64,000 bases of DNA. Origin: an uncultured Polyangiaceae bacterium (lineage in GTDB: Bacteria; Myxococcota_A; Polyangia; Polyangiales; Polyangiaceae). The position numbers and the translations under genes are program-made. Position 1 is the stretch's first letter, and the number at the start of each line of letters is the position of its first letter. The DNA is taken from the NCBI GenBank assembly GCA_964506835.1, contig CAZDNG010000020.1:14847-78846 (forward strand), in the 5' to 3' direction. This document shows, in pieces, positions 8,833 to 16,795 of the stretch. The notes beneath the pieces were generated by a model that ran no database searches, was not told the origin of the DNA, and saw only the letters and a program-made list of their open reading frames with translations.

Positions 8833-10101
8833 TTACTGCGCTTGCTGGGTACGGCAACCGTAGACGACGTCGAGGGTAGCATCTGCCATTCCGCGAACCG
8901 TCTGGCAGGTGCTCGGGCAGAGCTCGATGTGCGACGCGCCGCCGTCGCCGGCGGACACGTACCATTCGAGGTTCTGTGCGGTCGGGTCACAGACCGCCAA
9001 GGACTGAACCCTCGTTAGATTCGTTCCGGCGAGCTCGACGTTGACTCGTCGATTTTTCAGCGCCGACGCGTCGACGTCGATCTCGCACGGCAGGGCGCTC
9101 GTTCGAATCTCCTCGAGCGTGGCGAGAATGTCCGAGTGTGTGGGATCGGTCGGAACGGCGTGTGCGGACCCCGTGCCGCCTGCGAAGGCGATCTGGTCCA
9201 TATCGGGTTTATCGCCGATCGCGAGGACGTACGTCGCCACGCTCGGAATGCCAGCGACGCCGGTAGCGGCGGCGATGATCGCGCCGAGCTGAGGCTGGTC
9301 GCACACCGGCGGTGAACCCGTATTGTCGATGCCGGCGCTCACCAGAAGGACGACCGGCCTCGGGTTCGCGTCGGCGTTGCGGGTTGCCCATGCTTGCGCG
9401 CCTTGAATCGCGCCCGACAGCGCGATGTCGATCGGGCTCTCGGGGAGCGACGCTCCTGGGCTCTGCGCGACGAGCTGCGCGATCGCATCGGGTCCGTGCG
9501 CAGCGATCGACGCGAACAGTGCGTCGTGATTGACGGGCGGGGCGATCGCCACGTCCGGCACGACGTACGATGCGGCCGTGCACGCCGCGGTCGTCCACGT
9601 CGACGATGGCGTGCTCAGATTCGGGGTCAGCGCGAAGTACTGAATCCCGACGTCCACGTTCAGGAGCGTCTGGCTCTCGTCGATGAAGCCCTCGAGCGTG
9701 CTCACGACGGTCGACCACTCCGACTCGATCGACTTCGACTGATCGACGATCAAGTAAATCCCGAGCGGCTGCGGCCTCTCGGGGTATCGATCGGTCTCGC
9801 ACGTGCTGTAGTGATCGACCGCGGCGGCTTCGGACGGAGGGGGATCGGCGTCACGCATCCCCGTGGGGGGTGGCGGCGGATGCTGCCGCGTGCCGGTGTC
9901 TTCCTTTTCGGGTGCCCCGCCCGCGCTGGCATCGCTGATCGATGAAGCCTTCGTGGAACGGGGGACCAGGTACACATCGCGATCGTGGCACCCCGGCGAG
10001 GCGCCGAGCACGACCAGCGAGAGAGAGGCACGGCCGAAGCCGCGAGCTATTCCTCGGAAACCCAGCGACGCGCGGCGCGAGCCTGGGGCGACGACGGCCA
10101 C
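8833..10101 (-). CDS. von Willebrand factor A (vWA) domain protein, secreted or lipoprotein
   Basis: MIDAS-like VDQSKS followed by a vWA-like alternating pattern, then a Cys-containing C-terminal domain. Signal-like segment SLSLVVLGASPGC. The start is uncertain. GTG at 10101 gives a 55-nt overlap with the upstream gene, the track start (GTG 10179) a 133-nt overlap, and a CTG at ~10062 is also possible. Confidence 0.65.
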   Translation of the reverse strand: MAVVAPGSRRASLGFRGIARGFGRASLSLVVLGASPGCHDRDVYLVPRSTKASSISDASAGGAPEKEDTGTRQHPPPPPTGMRDADPPPSEAAAVDHYSTCETDRYPERPQPLGIYLIVDQSKSIESEWSTVVSTLEGFIDESQTLLNVDVGIQYFALTPNLSTPSSTWTTAACTAASYVVPDVAIAPPVNHDALFASIAAHGPDAIAQLVAQSPGASLPESPIDIALSGAIQGAQAWATRNADANPRPVVLLVSAGIDNTGSPPVCDQPQLGAIIAAATGVAGIPSVATYVLAIGDKPDMDQIAFAGGTGSAHAVPTDPTHSDILATLEEIRTSALPCEIDVDASALKNRRVNVELAGTNLTRVQSLAVCDPTAQNLEWYVSAGDGGASHIELCPSTCQTVRGMADATLDVVYGCRTQQAQ

Positions 10102-11372
10102 TTCCCCATCAGCTCCTCGGCCAGCTGTCGCGCCATCGCGACGTCGCCGCTTTGCCGATACGCCCGCACGTCGATCCACAGCGCTTCCGGTGCAAGCGTA
10201 CCTTGTCCGAACCGCTCCCGCCGCCGCTTTGTAGCTTCGAGCGCCAACGTCGAGTGCCCGAGACCGAGCTCCATCCTCGCGAGCGCGACCCAGGCCGCCT
10301 CCGCAGTCGGCCCTTCTCCCTCGGCGGCTTGGCGATATCGCTCACGCGCACCGGCATAGTCGCCCGCTCGACGCGCCGCCTCGGCTTCCGCAAGCCAATC
10401 GACGGGAGCCGACTGAGCGGGCTGGTTCTTGACGGGCGAAGCCGGAGCATCTGCGACGCGCTCACGCGGCGCGTCGTCGGCAGCGGCGACCTCGTTGCTC
10501 GCCGATTGAGTCGAAGGGCGAGCTGCAGAGACCGCCGACGTCGACGCCGCACGCGGCACTTCCGTCGCGCGAGGCGCCGCGCTCGGCAGAACCGGATGCT
10601 CGTCGCGCGACGCCGCGGGCGCCGAGAGCGCGTCGAACCCGACGACCTCGGGGGCGCCCACCAAAGCGCGCATCTCGTGTGCTCGTGTCACCTCGACTGC
10701 GCCGCGCGCAACGCCGAGCTTCGAATACAGGAGGCGCTCACCGGCGGTCAGCACTTGCACGCCTTCGGCGAGCCCGACCTCGACTCGGCCTTGCGACACC
10801 TCGACGAGGAGCGTGTCGGTCGACTCCGTTACCGCGAACACCGTTCCGTGGACGGTCACGTCACCGTCGCGCGTACGAACGACGAGCTCACCGCCCCCGA
10901 GATCCTTGGCGTGGACCGTGACCGTTCCGGCGCCGAGCGAGATCACGGTGCGGCACGGCGACGCCTCGGCGAGACTCACCTCGGCGTCGCGACCGCTCAC
11001 GGCGAGGGCCGTGGCGCCGAGATCGAGCTGGGGCCCCGCGGCGCCGGCGACGAAGCCGGCGTTCGCCGCGGGTCGTCGCGACGCGCACGCCGGCTCTGCG
11101 ACGTTGCTCGCCGGAGTGACCAGTGCGGCGGTCGGTTCCGCGCGGTCCCGATGACGATGCGCGACCATGAGCGTGGCCACGGCCGCCGCTGCGAGGAGGG
11201 GTCCGACGAACAGAGCAGCGCGCCGGGCGCGGCGCGCACTCCGCACCACGGCGGGGCCTTCCGCCACGAGCCGTCGAATGATTCGCTCGCGCGCCTCATC
11301 GTCGAGCTCCCCGCCGTCCGAAAGCGACGTCAGCTCTCCGACGCGGCGGCGGAATCCCTCATCCAACATCAT
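10047..11372 (-). CDS. anti-sigma factor: N-terminal cytoplasmic segment, one TM helix, FecR-like domain, C-terminal TPR-like repeats
   Basis: ATG-ATG at 11372/11369 (MMLDEGFRRR) overlaps the sigma gene's 3' end. TM helix ALFVGPLLAAAAVATLMVA. FecR-like beta region (VVRTRDGDVTVHGTVFAVTE..VEVSQGRVEV). Tail with TPR-like helices (AGDYAGARERYRQAAEG..). Confidence 0.7.
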   Translation of the reverse strand: MMLDEGFRRRVGELTSLSDGGELDDEARERIIRRLVAEGPAVVRSARRARRAALFVGPLLAAAAVATLMVAHRHRDRAEPTAALVTPASNVAEPACASRRPAANAGFVAGAAGPQLDLGATALAVSGRDAEVSLAEASPCRTVISLGAGTVTVHAKDLGGGELVVRTRDGDVTVHGTVFAVTESTDTLLVEVSQGRVEVGLAEGVQVLTAGERLLYSKLGVARGAVEVTRAHEMRALVGAPEVVGFDALSAPAASRDEHPVLPSAAPRATEVPRAASTSAVSAARPSTQSASNEVAAADDAPRERVADAPASPVKNQPAQSAPVDWLAEAEAARRAGDYAGARERYRQAAEGEGPTAEAAWVALARMELGLGHSTLALEATKRRRERFGQGTLAPEALWIDVRAYRQSGDVAMARQLAEELMGKWPSSPQARAARRWVSEE

Positions 11373-12096
11373 TGCCCTCCAGGAGGTCGCACAGGTACGG
11401 GTCGCTTTCTGCGATCGCCTTGAGTTCTTTCTGCCCGTAGTGGATACGAGACCGCGTGGCTGGGATGGAAGCGCCGACCATCTTCGAGATCGTTTCGACG
11501 TCTCGACCCTCCACCGCCCATAGAACGAACGCAATCCGCTTATCTACGGAGATTCGCGCGAGCGCTGCGTCGAGGCGACGCAATTGCTCTCCCGCGACAG
11601 CGTTGTCGTGCGGGCGATCGGGGCCGGCCGGCGCTTCTTCGGGCATCGGCGAGCGCAGTCTCGACCACGCGGTGGGTCGCATTGCTCTACGCGCCACGCG
11701 CACGGTAATGCCGCCAACGAACGTGGAGAGCGTGCTGTCTCCGCGGAAGTTCGGGAGCGCCCGGCACATCTCGAGGAAGACGTTTTGAACGAGGTCTTCC
11801 ATGTCGCCGCGCGGCCCGAGGAGCCTGCGCAGGAGTCGTTCGACACGGGGCAGCTGCTGGCGCGCGATGGCTTCGAGGTCTCGCGGTTCGCCCGCCCGCG
11901 CACGATCGAGGGCCTGCGGCGCCGAGCCCGTTCCCGGGCGCGCCGTGTCCAAGAGAAGTGCGCCAGCTTGGTCCACTTCTGGGTGAGTCGCCTGAGCCAC
12001 CCTCGGCGATGAAGCCAAGGGATCACTTCGCCCTTTGGCGGCACGCGAAGGGTCGTCGACAACGACCTGAAGTTCTTCCGTTTTTCGCGCGCTCAT
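11359..12096 (-). CDS. ECF-type RNA polymerase sigma-70 family factor
   Basis: Region 2 (EDLVQNVFLEMCRALPNFRG) and region 4 HTH (RIAFVLWAVEGRDVETISKMVGASIPATRSRIHYGQKEL). ATG at 12096 forms an ATGA overlap with the upstream stop at 12093-12095. The longer track ORF (to 12294) runs into the upstream gene. Confidence 0.8.
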   Translation of the reverse strand: MSARKTEELQVVVDDPSRAAKGRSDPLASSPRVAQATHPEVDQAGALLLDTARPGTGSAPQALDRARAGEPRDLEAIARQQLPRVERLLRRLLGPRGDMEDLVQNVFLEMCRALPNFRGDSTLSTFVGGITVRVARRAMRPTAWSRLRSPMPEEAPAGPDRPHDNAVAGEQLRRLDAALARISVDKRIAFVLWAVEGRDVETISKMVGASIPATRSRIHYGQKELKAIAESDPYLCDLLEGNDVG

Positions 12097-13103
12097 AGGC
12101 CAGAACTCCACGCGAATCCGGCGCGAGCACGAATCTCGACGCTGCCTTCGGCGAGGGCGGGAACGGTCGCGGATGGCCCGGGTGGTGACGTGTAGAAACT
12201 CGAAGGCGATGGCAACCAGGCGAGGCCAGCACCGACTCCGAGTGACACGCCGGCCCACAACCGATAGCGAAGCTCGGCACCGAAGCCGAACCACGGCGTA
12301 GCCCGGTTATCCTCGGCAACGAGGTCGGCGCGGTGATCGATCGCCTTCACGTCGATGAACGCCACGCCGCCTTCCGCATACCCGAGCGCCTCCGCGCGGC
12401 CATAGCGTTGACCGAGCGCGACACGCAGCGAAAGTTCGTTGCGCTCGTATTCGAGTCGCCCGTGATCGTCGGGCCCATTCGGAAGCACTAGCACTTGGTC
12501 ACGCTGGAGAGGGACGAGCCCGGAAACATGAAGGCCGATGCCGAGCCAGAGGGACGATGCCCGAGGTGAGACGTCCAAGTCTACGCCGGCGGCGGGCCGG
12601 ACGAGACCCACGTCGCCGTTGATACTCACGGTCTCGAGCACTTCGAGACCAATGACCCACCGGGTCGTGAGTGGGGGGGGCACCGTGGGCACTAGCGCCG
12701 CCGCGCGGGCGGAGGGCGCGTCGCGAACGATCTCGAGAAGTTCGGCGGCGGCAAGCGCCACCGCATAGGGGGCGGCGGCCGCCGGTGCGTCGAGTCGGCG
12801 AGACCCGACCGTGCCGTCCCCGGGACGCAGAACGCTGACGACGGCTCGGTCCGCGTCGAGAACCACCACCAAGGCCTCGGGCCACGACGTCCGCGCTTCA
12901 CCGACCAGGGCGTCGAGGTCCCGCGAATTGTGCGACTGACGCCGGACGACGGGCAGCTCGGTCTGAGTCGAGAAATACCGCGCGGCAGCTTCGGAGCTGG
13001 GCGATGCCGTGACGAGAGCCACGGTCTCGGCCTGGGCGGGGTCCGTGTGCAGAAACGCGGCGCCGAACGCCGCGACCACGGCCGCCGTGACGAAGGGGCG
13101 CAC
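12093..13103 (-). CDS. secreted protein with a beta-barrel-like C-terminal half (outer-membrane protein candidate)
   Basis: Signal peptide MRPFVTAAVVAAFGAAFLHTDPAQA. The C-terminal half has alternating hydrophobic/aromatic beta-strand patterns (WFGFGAELRYRLWAGVSLGVGAGLAW). It is the first gene of the ECF operon. Confidence 0.6.
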   Translation of the reverse strand: MRPFVTAAVVAAFGAAFLHTDPAQAETVALVTASPSSEAAARYFSTQTELPVVRRQSHNSRDLDALVGEARTSWPEALVVVLDADRAVVSVLRPGDGTVGSRRLDAPAAAAPYAVALAAAELLEIVRDAPSARAAALVPTVPPPLTTRWVIGLEVLETVSINGDVGLVRPAAGVDLDVSPRASSLWLGIGLHVSGLVPLQRDQVLVLPNGPDDHGRLEYERNELSLRVALGQRYGRAEALGYAEGGVAFIDVKAIDHRADLVAEDNRATPWFGFGAELRYRLWAGVSLGVGAGLAWLPSPSSFYTSPPGPSATVPALAEGSVEIRARAGFAWSSGL

Positions 13104-13275
13104 CCCTCCATCCTAGAATGCCCGGTTACGTTTCGCGAACCCACTCGATGCGAACTTCCCCTTTCGAAGGGAGAAATGAGCCCGTTCGTCGGTAGAGCCT
13201 TCGGGTATCATTCCGAGTGCGGCCCCGTCGAACGAGGCGTGGGGCCGGACCCGCCCCTGCTCACCCCCCTGTCCG

Positions 13276-13806
13276 ATGTCGAGGCTTCCCACCCGCAGCC
13301 TGTCCGCGCTCCGCGACGAGCTCCAGCTCCGCGGTCAGCGCCGTTCCATGGTGTTCCCCTCCGCGACGCCTAGCGTCATCGAGGCCGTCAGTATCGTCGA
13401 AGAGTACGGGGCCCTTACCGAGGCGATGTTCCTCGTCATGGCCGTCGAGCGCCGCATGCTCAACGTCCAGCGCCAGCTCCTCCGCGGCGCGCTCGACGTC
13501 TTGTCGAACGGCCGCGTCCGCACCGCTCACATGGAGGCGATGCTCGACGCTGCGTCCAGGCGACTTGCCGAAGACGGCTGGGAGAAGCGCTGTCAACGCG
13601 TCCTCGAATCATTGCGTCGCGACGCGATTCACGGCGAAAGCACCTTGGTACTCGCCGCGGCGGTCGCGGCCGCCGAAAGGAAGATCACCCCCGCCGAGCG
13701 GTCGGTGCTCGAACGATTCGCGCGCGAGCTGGGGGTTGCCGAGACGCGTCTCGACGAAGTGCTGCACGAGCTCACCGAAGACGAAGAGCCGCCGCCCGCC
13801 GGATAA
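13276..13806 (+). CDS. hypothetical protein, possibly TerB-like (tellurite-resistance TerB fold)
   Basis: 176-aa helical protein with two repeats of a pattern (E..FLVMAVE.. / LVLAAAVAAAERKITPAERSVLERFARELG) reminiscent of TerB/DjlA N-domains. Acidic tail. Hairpin downstream. Confidence 0.5.
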   Translation: MSRLPTRSLSALRDELQLRGQRRSMVFPSATPSVIEAVSIVEEYGALTEAMFLVMAVERRMLNVQRQLLRGALDVLSNGRVRTAHMEAMLDAASRRLAEDGWEKRCQRVLESLRRDAIHGESTLVLAAAVAAAERKITPAERSVLERFARELGVAETRLDEVLHELTEDEEPPPAG

Positions 13807-13820
13807 CGCGCAACACAAAA

Positions 13821-13849
13821 CCCGCGGGCAACCAAAGGTTGCCCGCGGG
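13821..13849. terminator. perfect 13-bp stem hairpin (candidate terminator)
   Basis: cccgcgggcaacc-aaa-ggttgcccgcggg, 15 nt after the stop of 13276..13806. The T-tract is weak (gtt). Confidence 0.5.
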
Positions 13850-14090
13850 TTCGAGAATCGCGCGGCGCGCGCCCCAGGGCACGCAGTGAGGAGGAGAAAA
13901 ACCGCTGGGGCGTTGGCCCACGACTTAGGGCCAGACCGAGGTTGGGGTGGGGACGGCCCGCGCTCTACGGAATTAGTAAGTCCATTCTGAGGGCCTCGCC
14001 ACCCCCGAATGACGATCCCTCAGCGCGACAACTCGCCGCAGGAGCACGCCCGCCGGACGCTCAGGCCGGTGAGCACCGGTGAGCGTTCAC

Positions 14091-14363
14091 TCACGAATGC
14101 TTGGCGACGAAGTCGGGAGGCAACTGCGACCCCTCGCCATAGAAGTACTTGTCGCATTCTGCCATCCAGATCTTCTGGCCCTGCTCGCTGGTCAGATCGA
14201 GACGGAATTCGTTCACGAGCATCTTCGAATGCTCGATCCACATGCGCCAAGCTTCCTTCGACACGTTGTCGAAGATTTTCTGTCCCATCTCGCCCTTGAA
14301 CGGGGGGCGGTCGAGCCCGGGCATCTCTTTACCGAACTTCACACACTGAACCAGGCGCGACAT
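14091..14363 (-). CDS. yggX: Fe(2+)-trafficking / oxidative-damage protection protein YggX
   Basis: 90 aa. MSRLVQCVKFGKEMPGLDRPPFKGEMGQKIFDNVSKEAWRMWIEHSKMLVNEFRL matches the YggX pattern I know from E. coli (..C....EA.GLD...YPGELGKRIY..ISKEAW..W...QTMLINE..L). Confidence 0.85.
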   Translation of the reverse strand: MSRLVQCVKFGKEMPGLDRPPFKGEMGQKIFDNVSKEAWRMWIEHSKMLVNEFRLDLTSEQGQKIWMAECDKYFYGEGSQLPPDFVAKHS

Positions 14364-14473
14364 TCGACGTCTCTTAGCGTGAGCGGCGGCCGCCGGCCAG
14401 GGGGGTTTTGGCAGGCGCGACCGCGCATGGAGGGGCGTCCTCGGTACCGCAGGCTTCGGTGTAAGGTCGGGCC

Positions 14474-15034
14474 ATGAATCGCGGTTTCCCGAGCTCGATT
14501 TGGATCGCTCCGGTCGTCATTTACGGTCTCGCCTTCGCCTCCCCCGCAGCGGCGCAGGCCACCATTCGCCATCCGGGTGATCATCCGAACTACTCCTTCG
14601 AGGCCGAGCCGCATCTCGCGCTGAACCCGTACCTGGACGACGCCGGGGTCGGCCCCGGCTTCCGCGGAACCGTGCAGATTCTCGACAACGGCTTCATCCC
14701 GTCGATCAACGACTCGATCGGCATCGGGTTCGGCCTCGACTTGCTCTTTTACGGGAACCCCTGCAACCACTGTGGCACCGCGACGGAGGTCGTGGTGCCG
14801 GTCGTCCTTCAGTGGAACTTCTGGCTGGCACGCCAATGGTCGGTCTTCGGTGAGCCCGGGTTCGATTTTCATTTCCATACGGGCCCGGCGCACCATCACT
14901 TCGACTTCGATCCGTTCGCGTTCTACGCGGGCGGTCGCTTCCACTTCAACGACAGCGTCGCCCTTACCCTGCGACTCGGCGCGCCGTTCTTCGACGACCA
15001 GCCGTTCTCGATCGGCGTGTCGTTCTTACTGTGA
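14474..15034 (+). CDS. small secreted protein, beta-rich (unknown function)
   Basis: Signal peptide ..VVIYGLAFASPAAAQA. Gly/aromatic-rich 160-aa mature part ending in FLL. Its 3' end overlaps the convergent gene by 9 nt. Confidence 0.55.
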   Translation: MNRGFPSSIWIAPVVIYGLAFASPAAAQATIRHPGDHPNYSFEAEPHLALNPYLDDAGVGPGFRGTVQILDNGFIPSINDSIGIGFGLDLLFYGNPCNHCGTATEVVVPVVLQWNFWLARQWSVFGEPGFDFHFHTGPAHHHFDFDPFAFYAGGRFHFNDSVALTLRLGAPFFDDQPFSIGVSFLL

Positions 15035-16795
15035 CGAGCGCTTGTTGCCGCGGCCCGCGATGTTGCCGAGCGCAGTGAGGTCGGCACGGCTGACCTCGCC
15101 GAGCACGACGAGGCAGACCGCGTAGATCGCGGCAACGAGCGCGCAAAAAACCAAGGTGACGATTTTTCCGCCCGCGGGGAGCGAGCGCGCGGCGAAAATG
15201 GCGACCGCCATCGCGACGACGACGCGGAGCGCGGTCGTCTTCGACACCACGGTGCCGGTCGTTCGATAGACCAGCACCGCGGCACACGCCGTGGACAGCA
15301 CGAGCCCCGACGACGTCGAGAGCGCCGTTCGCCAGAGGATCTGTTCGCCGAACGGCACTCCGCGCGCCCACGCGAAGCACGACGTGACGACGAGCACGAA
15401 CGCGACGAAGATCACGATCGCGCCCGCGCGCTCCCTGCCGAGGCTGGAGAGCACCGCGGTGAACACGCCGAGAATCGCGAACGCGCCGAATCCGAGCGTC
15501 AAAATCTGCATCGACCGAGTGCCGAGCTCGGCCGCTTCCACGGAATAAACCAGACGAATGAGCGGCCCCGACAAGCCCGAGGTGACGCTCACCATGGCGC
15601 CGGCCACGAGTAGCGCGACGCGCACGCCGGTCGACACGTAGCGCGCCACCGCCGCGCGATCGCCGGCTTGGTGCGCGGCGGCGAGCATCGGGAACAGGAT
15701 GAACGTGACGCTGATGAGCAACTGATACGGCAAGAACGAATAAAGCTGCGTCGCGCGATAAGCACCGACGAGCGGATCGGCCGCCGACGAAGGCAACCCG
15801 ATCCCCTGTGCCGCCTCGCCGGCGAAGCGCCGTAGCAACGTCAAATCCGCTTGAAGGAGCAGATTGAGGAGCACCTGACCGGCGAGGAGCGGCGCGAGAA
15901 AGGCGAGGTGCTTTTTCACCGAAGGGCCGCCCGCGCCGCGCTTTCCGAAACCGACGACGAACGCCGATGCGACGAAGATGCCGCCCGCGACGACGACGAA
16001 TCCGGTGACCGCGCCTTCCACGCCGCGGCCGGAGCGCGCGAGAAAGGCGCCCCCGGCGATGAGCGCCGCCGTCCGGAACGTCGCGAACACGACGTCGAAC
16101 GACGCCTGCGCGACGAATCGCCGGCGGCCGTTGAGCACGCCGATGAGCGGCGAATAGACGCCGTAAAAAAGGAGCACGAGGCTGACGACGCGAAGCGACG
16201 CGACGATGTGCGGCGCGTGCATGAAATCCGCAATCGACGGGGCCGCGGCGAAGAACGCGGCCGACGACAGGACGGCGAGCGCCGCGTGCAGCGCGAACAC
16301 GCGACGGACGGCGGCCGGTTGCTCCTCTGGCGTCGCGCGCGCCACCGCGTGGCTCACCCCCTGAATCGACGCGGTGACGATCGGGTTGTACGTGATGCTC
16401 GCCGCCGAGAGCACGCTCGACAGCGCGCCGTACCCGTCGAGCCCGAGCACCCGCGGCAGCGCCACTTGCTGCACGAGCCCCTGAAGAATGAAGTAGACCT
16501 TCGCGAAGGTGATGGCGAGACCGCCGCGACCGGCGGTGCGCGCGGCTTCGTCGGCCGAAGCATTTTCCGGCGCGACGGGGTCCGGGTCTCCCGCGGCGAA
16601 CGGGTCACCGCCTCGTATCGCGGACGAATCGTCGCTGGGCGTCGCGTCGGGCAAACTGCGCCCCCTATCGCACCGGGGGGGCGGAGGGGTCAACTGCCGG
16701 TTGCGGAGTGCAAGTTCGAATGTGGAAAACCGCGGCCCCGCCGATTGAAGCTTTCCAGGACCGCCGGCAAGGTAACGACGGCCGTCGTCAGGCAC
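15026..16795 (-). CDS. Wzx/MATE-like oligosaccharide or lipid flippase (polysaccharide biosynthesis protein family)
   Basis: About 12-14 TM helices. N-terminal pattern ITFAKVYFILQGLVQQVALPRVLGLDGYGALS is typical of this family. The true start may be TTG at 16693, which forms a TTGA overlap with the MMPL gene stop. The track start at 16795 overlaps that gene by 105 nt. Confidence 0.7.
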   Translation of the reverse strand: MPDDGRRYLAGGPGKLQSAGPRFSTFELALRNRQLTPPPPRCDRGRSLPDATPSDDSSAIRGGDPFAAGDPDPVAPENASADEAARTAGRGGLAITFAKVYFILQGLVQQVALPRVLGLDGYGALSSVLSAASITYNPIVTASIQGVSHAVARATPEEQPAAVRRVFALHAALAVLSSAAFFAAAPSIADFMHAPHIVASLRVVSLVLLFYGVYSPLIGVLNGRRRFVAQASFDVVFATFRTAALIAGGAFLARSGRGVEGAVTGFVVVAGGIFVASAFVVGFGKRGAGGPSVKKHLAFLAPLLAGQVLLNLLLQADLTLLRRFAGEAAQGIGLPSSAADPLVGAYRATQLYSFLPYQLLISVTFILFPMLAAAHQAGDRAAVARYVSTGVRVALLVAGAMVSVTSGLSGPLIRLVYSVEAAELGTRSMQILTLGFGAFAILGVFTAVLSSLGRERAGAIVIFVAFVLVVTSCFAWARGVPFGEQILWRTALSTSSGLVLSTACAAVLVYRTTGTVVSKTTALRVVVAMAVAIFAARSLPAGGKIVTLVFCALVAAIYAVCLVVLGEVSRADLTALGNIAGRGNKRSSQ

